Position numbers and translations under genes: made by a program
Notes under the pieces: generated by a model
Databases searched by the model: none
The model's input: the letters and a program-made list of their open reading frames with translations, nothing else
What the model was told of the DNA's origin: nothing
Part shown: piece after piece, positions 38,775 through 47,002 of the stretch
Layout of the letters: every line of letters starts with the position of its first letter
Position numbering within the stretch: the stretch's first letter is position 1
Origin: Treponemataceae bacterium
Lineage (GTDB): Bacteria; Spirochaetota; Spirochaetia; Treponematales; Rectinemataceae
DNA: 64,000 bases
Assembly: GCA_963678065.2 (NCBI GenBank)
Contig: CAXXVZ010000004.1
Location: forward strand, 416,001 to 480,000
Reading direction: 5' to 3'

Positions 38775-40277
38775 TCAGTCGGATTGCATGGCCGTGACGG
38801 GTTTGACCCGCAGGGCGACGACTGTCGGATACCAGGCCGACAGAAGACTCAGGGCGCTTATCCACAGGAAGGCCTTGACAGCCGCCCCCGCGGAGACGCG
38901 CGGGACGAGGACGGGTCCGCCGAAAAGCGCCTCGAAAAAAAGATTCGGCGCGTGGATGCCCACCCTGGAAAGGACGAGAAGGATGAGCCCTCCCGCCGCG
39001 AGGCCGGCGAGTCCGGCGATGATGGCGAGGAAGGCCGTCTCCTGGAGGACCATGGAGCGGACGAAGGCGCGCCTCGCCCCGATGGCGCGAAGGGTTCCTA
39101 TCTCGGCCACGCGCTCGCCTATCGAGACAACGAGGGCGTTCATGGTGATGATGACGACGACGACAGCCACGATGGACACGAGAAGGTCGAAGACGAGACG
39201 GACTGTCATGGCTGTGCGCGCGACGGTGCCGGCGCTTTCGACCCAGCCCTGCACGCGGGTGTCGACCTCGAGGCGGGCTGCCTCCTTTTCGACCGCGGCC
39301 ATAGTCCGCGAAGCGCTCTGGCCTTTCTTCATCGAGACGAGGAGGAATTGCCATGCGGGTTCGGGTTGATGTGACACCGTTGCAGAGGCGGGGCCCGCTG
39401 CGGCGCCGGTGGGAGGAGTCGCTCCGGTCGCGGCGGGAGAGGCTGTCGCCCCCGTCCCTGCTCCCGAGGTCGCGGCGGGAGAGGCGGCCGTCGCGGGTGT
39501 CTCGTCCGTGAACAGGCTGTCCGGGTTGAAGGACGCGACGAAAGCGCTCTCGGCGACAGTCAGCACGACAGGGCCGTCCCTGAGGCTCGCGAATCCCAGA
39601 AGATCGCGCATGGTATCGGCGTCGGCGAGTCCCATGTCCGCCAGGTCCCTGTTGTTCTGATTGAAGCGGAAGACCGCGCAGAGAGTCACTTCCCGGATGA
39701 CGGTCCCGGCCTGGTCCCCCTCGGCGCTCAGGATGATTCTGCTTCCGGGACCGACGGGAGCGGAACCGGCGCCTCCCAGCTTCCGGAGGGCCGATTCCGG
39801 CAGCATGACCCACGCGCCCTTCCCTGACTCCGGCCAGGAGCCGGAGACGAGCGTGATGTTCCCTGGGAAAAACTTTCGGTAGGAATCGATGTCGACGCCG
39901 AACATCGGCAGGCCGCCGAGAACCTGTTCCCCGAGTCCGATCGCGGTCCTGCCTGACAGCATCGGAAGGACGCCTCCGACTTCGGGCCTCGCGGACAGAA
40001 AGGAAGCGAGGGCCGCCGATTCCCTGATATGGGGCACGACTTCCTCTCCTCCGGAAGTCTCGGCGAAGACAGTCGTCGGAAAAACGGTGGGCCCGGTGAG
40101 CATGAAATCTCCGGTATATCCCTTGACGAAAATACGCTCGAGACCATTCACCGCCGTATCGATCAGGGAGTTCCCGACAAAGAGCACAGCTATGCCGAGA
40201 CACATGATCGTGCCTATCATGAGGGTCTTGGCTTTGTGGAGAAAGAGATTCCTGAACGCGATGGCGGAGGCGATCAT
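38775..40277 (-). CDS. FtsX/MacB-type ABC permease
   Basis: AFRNLFLHK, ERVAEIGTLRAIGA, KPVTAM. Confidence 0.92.
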   Translation of the reverse strand: MIASAIAFRNLFLHKAKTLMIGTIMCLGIAVLFVGNSLIDTAVNGLERIFVKGYTGDFMLTGPTVFPTTVFAETSGGEEVVPHIRESAALASFLSARPEVGGVLPMLSGRTAIGLGEQVLGGLPMFGVDIDSYRKFFPGNITLVSGSWPESGKGAWVMLPESALRKLGGAGSAPVGPGSRIILSAEGDQAGTVIREVTLCAVFRFNQNNRDLADMGLADADTMRDLLGFASLRDGPVVLTVAESAFVASFNPDSLFTDETPATAASPAATSGAGTGATASPAATGATPPTGAAAGPASATVSHQPEPAWQFLLVSMKKGQSASRTMAAVEKEAARLEVDTRVQGWVESAGTVARTAMTVRLVFDLLVSIVAVVVVIITMNALVVSIGERVAEIGTLRAIGARRAFVRSMVLQETAFLAIIAGLAGLAAGGLILLVLSRVGIHAPNLFFEALFGGPVLVPRVSAGAAVKAFLWISALSLLSAWYPTVVALRVKPVTAMQSD

Positions 40278-41056
40278 GAGGCGGCCATGCGCCCCGAAGT
40301 CAGGCTGTCGGCGTTCCCGACGGACGCGTGATACTGTCGCTCCTGCCTGCCCCTCCGGAGATCCTCCACGACGAGACCGTCCCTGAGCCGTATGACGTGG
40401 TCGGCGATGCCTACTATCCCTGAGTCGTGGGTGCTGAAAATGAAGGTGGTCCCGAGTTCCTTGTTCATCCTCTTCATGAGGGCGACAATGCTCTCGCCCG
40501 TCGCCGAATCGAGGTTGGCCGTCGGCTCATCGGCGAGGACGACCGGCGGCCTCATGACGAGGGCCCGGGCTATGGCCACGCGCTGGCGCTGCCCGCCCGA
40601 AAGCTCGGCGGGTTTGTGGTTGCGCCTGTCGACGAGCCCCACGCTCTCGACAAGGTGGTCGATCCACTCGCGATCCGCGCCGCGGGCGACGCGGCCTGAG
40701 CCTTTTTCGAGAAGGCGCGGCAACTCGATGTTCTCGATGACCGACAGGACGGGCACCAGGTTGAAGGACTGAAAGATAAAACCGAGGCCGGTGTGCCGCA
40801 GGGCGGTCAGCTTTTCGTCGTCGAGCTTGCCCGTATCCTGGCCCAGCACCGTAACGACGCCTTCGGTGGCGGTATCGATGCATCCTATGAGGTTCAGAAT
40901 GGTCGATTTCCCCGATCCCGAGGGGCCGGCGATGGAGATGAAATCCCCGCGGGAAATCCCGAAGCTTATGCCCCGGACAGCCTTGACCTCGGTGCTGCCG
41001 AGGGCGTAGGTCTTGTGGACGTTTTCCAGCCTGACAATGATGTCGTTTTCCTGCAT
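40274..41056 (-). CDS. LolD/MacB-type ABC ATP-binding protein
   Basis: GPSGSGKST, GFIFQSFNL, LSGGQRQR, ADEPTANLD. Confidence 0.95.
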   Translation of the reverse strand: MQENDIIVRLENVHKTYALGSTEVKAVRGISFGISRGDFISIAGPSGSGKSTILNLIGCIDTATEGVVTVLGQDTGKLDDEKLTALRHTGLGFIFQSFNLVPVLSVIENIELPRLLEKGSGRVARGADREWIDHLVESVGLVDRRNHKPAELSGGQRQRVAIARALVMRPPVVLADEPTANLDSATGESIVALMKRMNKELGTTFIFSTHDSGIVGIADHVIRLRDGLVVEDLRRGRQERQYHASVGNADSLTSGRMAAS

Positions 41057-41305
41057 GTCGAAGGATCCTCCGGCGGAATGCCCGTGCAAGGAGATCCCGC
41101 GGACTCGAATGTACCTGATCGCTGTTCTTTTTTCCATTAAACGGGGATTAAATGAAATAACAGAAGAGGGCCAAGAGGGCGGACAGTTCCGGCGCCGGCC
41201 GCGCAGATGCGGGCCGCCCGACTCCCCCCTTCCGCCAGGATTTCATGCAAGGCGGGCTTCGGCCCACGCTTCCTCGACAAGGCGTATCCGGGATATAGTT
41301 TTGCC

Positions 41306-42763
41306 ATGGCATACAGGGATCTGCAGGATTTCATGGCTCGCCTCGAGGAACGGGGCGAGCTTGTCAGGATAAAAGTCGAGGTCGACGCCGAACTCGAGAT
41401 CACGGAAATAGCCGACCGCGTCATGCGCTCAGGCGGCGCGGCTCTCCTCTTCGAAAAAGTCAGGGGTTCGGACTATCCGGTCCTCATCAACGCGATGGGG
41501 ACGGAATCGCGCATGGCGCTCGCCCTCGGGGCAGAGAGCCTCGACGCGAAGGCGAAGGAGATCGAGGATCTCCTCGGCTGGGTCTGGAAGCAGGTCCGCG
41601 GCTTCTCTGTGTTCTCGTCGATCCCAGAGGCTCTGCCGAAACTGCCGATCGCTCTCTCCCTCCTTCCCAAAAATGTGGCGAGGCCGCTGTGCCGCGAGGT
41701 CATCGACGACGAGGCCGGATTCGACAGCCTCCCTGTGCTCAAGTGCTGGCCGAAGGACGGGGGGCGCTTCTTCACCCTGCCCGTGGTCTGCACGGTGGAC
41801 CCCGAGAACGGGGCGCAGAACTGGGGCATGTACCGCATGCAGGTCTACGACGACAGGAGCTGCGGCATGCACTGGCACCTGCACAAGGACGGCGCGCACT
41901 TCTTCCAGAAATACCGCGAGCGCGGCCAGAGGATGCCCGTCGCCGTCGCCCTCGGCTCGGACCCCGCCGTCACCTACGCGTCCACCGCTCCGCTTCCCGA
42001 GGGCGTCTGGGAGGCCATCTTCGCGGGCTTCCTGCGCGGCAAGGCCGCGGAAGTGACGACGGCCACACTCTCCGGCATCAAGGTTCCGGCAGACGCGGAA
42101 TTCGTCCTGGAAGGCTACGTCGACCCCGCCGAATCGAGGATCGAAGGCCCCTTCGGCGACCACACCGGCTTCTACTCCCTGGAGGACGAGTACCCCGTCT
42201 TCCACCTGCAGAGGATCACGCGGCGGAAAAATCCCGTCTATCCGGCCACCATCGTCGGCATCCCTCCCAAAGAGGACTGCTTCATGGCCAAAGCCACCGA
42301 GCGGCTCTTCCTGCCCTTCCTGAAACAGCTCTGCCCCGAGATCGCCGACCTGACCATGCCCCTGGAGGGCGTCTTCCACAACTGCGTCATCGTGTCGATC
42401 AAGAAGCGCTTTCCCGGCCACGCCCGCAAGGTCATGGACTTCATCTGGGGCATGGGGCAGATGATGTACACCAAGCTCATCGTCGTGGTGGACGAGGAGG
42501 TCGACCTCAAGAACCTCTCGATGGTCGCCTGGAAGGTCTTCAACAACATCGACGCGCGGCGCGATCTCGTCCTCTCGGACGGTCCGCTGGACGCCCTGGA
42601 TCACTCCTCGCCCATGCCCCGCTACGGAACGCGCCTCGGGATCGACGCGACGCGGAAAGGGCCGGACGAGGGCCACACGCGCCCATGGCCCGACGGCCTC
42701 GCCATGAGCCCGGAGATCGTCGACCTCGTCACCAGGCGCTGGAAGGACTATGGAATTGACTGA
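41306..42763 (+). CDS. mqnL: UbiD-family (menaquinone/futalosine-type) decarboxylase
   Basis: LEITEIADR, CWPKDGG.F.TLP, GMYRMQ, HWHLHKDGA, EGPFGDHTGFY, LDHSS, GIDAT. Confidence 0.92.
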   Translation: MAYRDLQDFMARLEERGELVRIKVEVDAELEITEIADRVMRSGGAALLFEKVRGSDYPVLINAMGTESRMALALGAESLDAKAKEIEDLLGWVWKQVRGFSVFSSIPEALPKLPIALSLLPKNVARPLCREVIDDEAGFDSLPVLKCWPKDGGRFFTLPVVCTVDPENGAQNWGMYRMQVYDDRSCGMHWHLHKDGAHFFQKYRERGQRMPVAVALGSDPAVTYASTAPLPEGVWEAIFAGFLRGKAAEVTTATLSGIKVPADAEFVLEGYVDPAESRIEGPFGDHTGFYSLEDEYPVFHLQRITRRKNPVYPATIVGIPPKEDCFMAKATERLFLPFLKQLCPEIADLTMPLEGVFHNCVIVSIKKRFPGHARKVMDFIWGMGQMMYTKLIVVVDEEVDLKNLSMVAWKVFNNIDARRDLVLSDGPLDALDHSSPMPRYGTRLGIDATRKGPDEGHTRPWPDGLAMSPEIVDLVTRRWKDYGID

Positions 42764-43679
42764 GCCGCGGACCGAGGCGCCCGGACCGGATGCGAAGGCC
42801 CCGGACGGAGCCGGAAAAACTTTCGCAGGCAAGCTCGGCATGATCGGCGACGCGGTCATGATCCGCCACACCCTCTTCTCCCTGCCCTTTGCCCTCTCGG
42901 CCCTTCTTCTCGAGACAGGCGGTCACCCGCCTCTCGGAAAGACGGTCTGGATACTGCTCGCTGCGGCCTCGGCGCGCAACGCGGCCAACGCCATCAACCG
43001 CATCGTCGACAGGACCATCGACGCCCGCAACCCCCGCACGGCGGGGCGTCACCTTCCGTCAGGGAGGCTCGCGGTGAAGGACCTGGGATGGTTCAGCGCG
43101 GCCATGCTCGCGGTCTTTGTCTTCTCGACGGCGATGCTCGGCCCCCTCTGCCTGGCGCTCCTCCCCGTGGCCGGGATACTCGTTTTCGGCTACTCCTACA
43201 CCAAACGCTTCACCTGGCTCTGCCACGCATGGCTCGGCCTCACCTGCTCGGCCGCCACGATGGGCGCCTTCATCGCGATCGCCGGACGCTTCGAGTTCAG
43301 GTACTTCGTCATGACGGGAGCGGTGGCGGCCTGGGTCTGCGGTTTCGACATCATCTACGCGCTGCAGGACGTCGGGGTGGACCGCGCGCAGAAACTCCAC
43401 TCCATCCCCGCCCGCTTCGGTCCCAGGATCGCGAGGCTCATGGCGGCCGCATGCCACCTCGCCGCCGTGGCGGGATTCGCCGCGATGCCGTTCTTCTGGG
43501 AAGGGCTCGGCGCCGGCTACTGGCTCGCCCTCGCCCTCGCATCGGCGCTCCTCGTGGCCGAGCAGGTCATCGCCCGGGGCGGGACAGGACGGCATATCCG
43601 CATCGCAGCCTACAGTATCAACGAAATTATTCCGATTATATATACGATTGGCATTGTCAGCGAATTATACATACTATAA
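42750..43679 (+). CDS. mqnP: UbiA-family polyprenyltransferase (MqnP-type)
   Basis: HTLFSLPFA, NRIVDRTIDARNPRT.GR.LPSG, YSYTKRFTW, FDIIYALQD. Confidence 0.9.
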   Translation: MELTEPRTEAPGPDAKAPDGAGKTFAGKLGMIGDAVMIRHTLFSLPFALSALLLETGGHPPLGKTVWILLAAASARNAANAINRIVDRTIDARNPRTAGRHLPSGRLAVKDLGWFSAAMLAVFVFSTAMLGPLCLALLPVAGILVFGYSYTKRFTWLCHAWLGLTCSAATMGAFIAIAGRFEFRYFVMTGAVAAWVCGFDIIYALQDVGVDRAQKLHSIPARFGPRIARLMAAACHLAAVAGFAAMPFFWEGLGAGYWLALALASALLVAEQVIARGGTGRHIRIAAYSINEIIPIIYTIGIVSELYIL

Positions 43680-43688
43680 AATAACTGC

Positions 43689-44297
43689 ATGGCCCGATAC
43701 CTCGTTTGCCTGACCGGCGCCTCCGGCGCGATCTACGGCATCAGACTTCTTTCGGCCCTCGCCTCGACGGGAGCCACGGTGCACCTCGCCGCCTCTTCAT
43801 GGGGAGCCCGCGTTGTCCTGGAAGAAACGGGGCGCCCTCTCGGGTATTGGGTCGGCAAGATCAGGACCGCCGGCGGCCCCGGCGGCAGACCAGCCACCAT
43901 CTCAGTCCACGCCTCCGACGATCTCGGCGCCCCCGTCGCCTCGGGCAGCTTCAAGCTGGACGGAACGGCCATCGTGCCCTGTTCCATGGGCACGGTCGGG
44001 GCCCTCGCCTCGGGAGCGGTGTCCAACCTCGTCCACCGGGCCGGGGCGGTCGCCCTCAAGGAAGGATGGCCCCTCGTCCTCGTACCCCGCGAATCGCCGC
44101 TCTCCCTCGTCGCGCTGGAAGGGCTCGTCAAGCTGAAAGAGTCGGGCGCGACCATCCTTCCTGCCTGTCCCGGTTTCTACAACCGGCCCAAGGCGATCGA
44201 CGAACTGATAGACCAGATCACCTACCGGGTCCTGGACCACCTCGGTCTTCCGACGCCCGGCGCCCCTAAATGGAAAGACACAAGGGGCGAGGAGTAA
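43689..44297 (+). CDS. ubiX: UbiX-family flavin prenyltransferase (MqnM)
   Basis: TGASGAIYG, ASGS, PCSMGT, ALKE, VPRESP, PGFYNRP. Confidence 0.93.
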   Translation: MARYLVCLTGASGAIYGIRLLSALASTGATVHLAASSWGARVVLEETGRPLGYWVGKIRTAGGPGGRPATISVHASDDLGAPVASGSFKLDGTAIVPCSMGTVGALASGAVSNLVHRAGAVALKEGWPLVLVPRESPLSLVALEGLVKLKESGATILPACPGFYNRPKAIDELIDQITYRVLDHLGLPTPGAPKWKDTRGEE

Positions 44298-44301
44298 TTC
44301 C

Positions 44302-45219
44302 GTGAAGCGAACAGCCACCTTTCTCACCTTCTTGGCCCTCGTGGCCTTCTCTCTCGTCGCGCAGGGCAGAGAACTCAGGATCGGCATTCTCCCCGACGCC
44401 GACTCCCTTCCCCTCATGGTAGCCGAGGCCGCCAACGACTTCGCCGCCGAGGGCGTCGCGGTCAGACTCGTGAAGTTCCAGAATCCCGTCGAGCGGGACG
44501 CGGCATTCCAGGCGGGAGCCGTGGACGGCGTCATCGGCGATATCCTCGCCGCGGCCCTCGCTGTCCAGGGCGGCTTCGAGGTCAGGATCACGAGCCTCAC
44601 GGACGGACGCTACGGCATCGTCGTCGGACCCGATTCCGGCGTTTCCTCCCTGAAAGATCTCGCCGGAAAACAGATAGGCCTCTCCGCGAACACCATCATC
44701 CAGTACATGGTCGACAGCTTCATGACCGATGCGGGAGTCCCGCCTGAGAAAATCCTCAGCCTCGCCGTTCCCAAGATGCCCGTCAGGCTCGAGATGGTCC
44801 TGGGAGGCCAGACGGCCGCCGCCGGACTTCCCGAACCTCTCCTGACCCTCGCCAAAATCCGAGGCGGAAAAATCCTCGCCTCCACCGATGACTCGGGACT
44901 GCGCGCCGGCGTCATCCTCTTCACGAAGAAGGCCGCAGACTCGATGCAGGCGGAGATCCGCGCCATGTACAAGGCTTACTGGAGAGCGGCCAGGGCGATC
45001 AACGCGGACAACGAAGCCTACAGACCCTTCCTCGTCTCCAAGGCCAACTTTCCCGAGGAGACGGTATCGGCCTACCGCTTCGTCCGGTACGAAAAACCGC
45101 GGCTTCCCCTCCGCGCAGACATCGTTCCCGTCCTCTCCTGGATGAGGTCGAAGGGATTGCTGAGGGCCCCGGTCGATCCTGACAGCCTCCTCGACGGTAG
45201 AGCCCTGGCGGGATGGTAG
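44302..45219 (+). CDS. ABC substrate-binding protein (SsuA/NMT1-like)
   Basis: Signal peptide, IGILPDADSLP, ERDAAFQAGAVDG, LPEP. Confidence 0.88.
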   Translation: MKRTATFLTFLALVAFSLVAQGRELRIGILPDADSLPLMVAEAANDFAAEGVAVRLVKFQNPVERDAAFQAGAVDGVIGDILAAALAVQGGFEVRITSLTDGRYGIVVGPDSGVSSLKDLAGKQIGLSANTIIQYMVDSFMTDAGVPPEKILSLAVPKMPVRLEMVLGGQTAAAGLPEPLLTLAKIRGGKILASTDDSGLRAGVILFTKKAADSMQAEIRAMYKAYWRAARAINADNEAYRPFLVSKANFPEETVSAYRFVRYEKPRLPLRADIVPVLSWMRSKGLLRAPVDPDSLLDGRALAGW

Positions 45220-45983
45220 AGCTCGAAGGACTGTCGGTCGCCTACTCCACTCCCCGTGGTCCCGTCCGGGCCGTGGAAGATGTCTCGATTCTGTTCGCCC
45301 GGGGCGGCATACACGCCATAATCGGACCTTCCGGCTCCGGCAAGACGAGCCTCGTCCAGGCGATGGCCGGCCTTTTCGTCCCGCAGGCCGGGACGATCAG
45401 GATCGACGGCTCTCCCCTGTCGGGCATCCGCCCCCGGACCGCGGTCATTTTTCAGGATTTCGGACTCCTGCCCTGGAAGACCGTGATCGCGAACGCAGAG
45501 CTCCCCCTCCTTTTGCGCGGGATGGACCGGCGCGAGCGGAGAAGACGGGTCATGCCCATCCTCGAGGAGCTGGGCCTCGAATCCTTCCTCGAACTCTATC
45601 CGGTCAGACTCTCGGGCGGCATGCAGCAGCGACTCGCCGTGGCGCGGGCCCTCGCGGCCGAACCCGACCTTCTCCTCATGGACGAGCCCTTCTCCAGCCT
45701 GGACGCGCTGACGCGGGAAAACCTCCAGGAAACCCTTCTCGAAGTCCACGCGCGCCACGGCGCGACCATAATCCTCGTCACCCACTCCATCGAGGAGGCG
45801 GCTTACCTCGCCGACACGGTCACGGTGATGACCGGACGAAATCCGGGAAGGATCAGCGCGCGGATCGAGACGGAGAAAAACGCCCGGAAGACCGGGGAAA
45901 GCGGGAACAGGTCCTTCCGATCGAGCCCCGGCTTTCTCACCCTGACGACATCGATACGCGCGGCGCTGGAAGCGGAGTCATGA
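45213..45983 (+). CDS. ABC ATP-binding protein (SsuB/TauB-like)
   Basis: GPSGSGKTS, FQDFGLLPWKT, LSGGMQQR, MDEPFSSLD, VTHSIEEA. Confidence 0.95.
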   Translation: MVELEGLSVAYSTPRGPVRAVEDVSILFARGGIHAIIGPSGSGKTSLVQAMAGLFVPQAGTIRIDGSPLSGIRPRTAVIFQDFGLLPWKTVIANAELPLLLRGMDRRERRRRVMPILEELGLESFLELYPVRLSGGMQQRLAVARALAAEPDLLLMDEPFSSLDALTRENLQETLLEVHARHGATIILVTHSIEEAAYLADTVTVMTGRNPGRISARIETEKNARKTGESGNRSFRSSPGFLTLTTSIRAALEAES

Positions 45984-46738
45984 AAAAGAAAGGACTGGCT
46001 TCCCTCGCGGGCACGGCGGCGGCGCTCGCCATCCTCATCACTCTCTGGGGGCTCGCCTCGGCCCTCATCGCGAAGCCCTTCCTCCCGGGCCCTCTCAGGA
46101 CAGCGCTCCGCGCAGCCGAGCGCCTCGCCGACAGCAGGCTCCTTTCGCATCTCGGCGCTTCGGCGTGGAGGGTCTTCCTCGCCCTCGCCGCAGCAGGTCC
46201 CGCCGGTTTCGCCCTCGGCCTCGCGGCGGGCCGCTCGCGCCGCCTCGACACGCTGTTCTCCCCCTTCGTCTACATTCTCCATCCCCTGCCCAAGGTCGCC
46301 TTCCTGCCCGTCATCATGCTCCTCCTGGGCCTGGGGGATGCGGCAAAGATAACGCTGATCTGTCTCGTCATATTCGGCCAGCTCTTCGTCAACGCCCGGG
46401 ACGCCGCAAAGGATGTGCCGGAGCGCCTCGTCGACTCCGTCCGCTCCCTGGGCGGCAGCGGGGCCGACATCCTCAGACACGTCGTCCTCCCTGCATCCCT
46501 GCCCTCCCTCCTGTCCTCCCTGCGGGTGGCGCTCGGAACCTCCATCGCCGTCCTCTTCCTCTCCGAAACCTTCGCGTCGGAGAGCGGGCTCGGCTGGTAC
46601 ATTGTAGACGCATGGTCCAGGGTGGATTATCCGGATATGTACGCGGCCATCATCGTCCTCTCCGCCTTCGCCCTCGTCATCTTCGGGCTGATAGACGCCG
46701 CAGAAAGGGTCGCCTGCCGCTGGAGGGACAGGGATTGA
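45980..46738 (+). CDS. ABC permease (SsuC/TauC-like)
   Basis: HPLPKVAFLP, V.LPASLP, GLGWYI. Confidence 0.93.
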   Translation: MKKKGLASLAGTAAALAILITLWGLASALIAKPFLPGPLRTALRAAERLADSRLLSHLGASAWRVFLALAAAGPAGFALGLAAGRSRRLDTLFSPFVYILHPLPKVAFLPVIMLLLGLGDAAKITLICLVIFGQLFVNARDAAKDVPERLVDSVRSLGGSGADILRHVVLPASLPSLLSSLRVALGTSIAVLFLSETFASESGLGWYIVDAWSRVDYPDMYAAIIVLSAFALVIFGLIDAAERVACRWRDRD

Positions 46739-46855
46739 GCGGCCTCTCCGTATATGCCTTGCCCGTCGGCGAACCAGTGGCTACAATCGAGTTTCATAAA
46801 GGCATCCAGAAACCGGACCGGTCGCGGACGCGCCAGTCCATCCGGAGGCGCACCA

Positions 46856-47002
46856 ATGGACGATGTTGCCGGGATCGGAGTACGGATAGGGCTGCTCCGC
46901 GTTTCCTCGGGTACTCCCCACGAACTCGCTTCCGGATTGCTCGCGCTTTTTTCCGAGGCCTCCCGCACTGAAGTACCCGAGCGTGGAGGAATGTCCCGAT
47001 GA
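46856..47002 (+). CDS. Putative 48-aa small protein coupled to the histidine kinase
   Basis: TTGCCC-N17-TACAAT promoter (46759-46787), GGAGG RBS, ATGA overlap with the kinase start. Confidence 0.35.
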   Translation: MDDVAGIGVRIGLLRVSSGTPHELASGLLALFSEASRTEVPERGGMSR

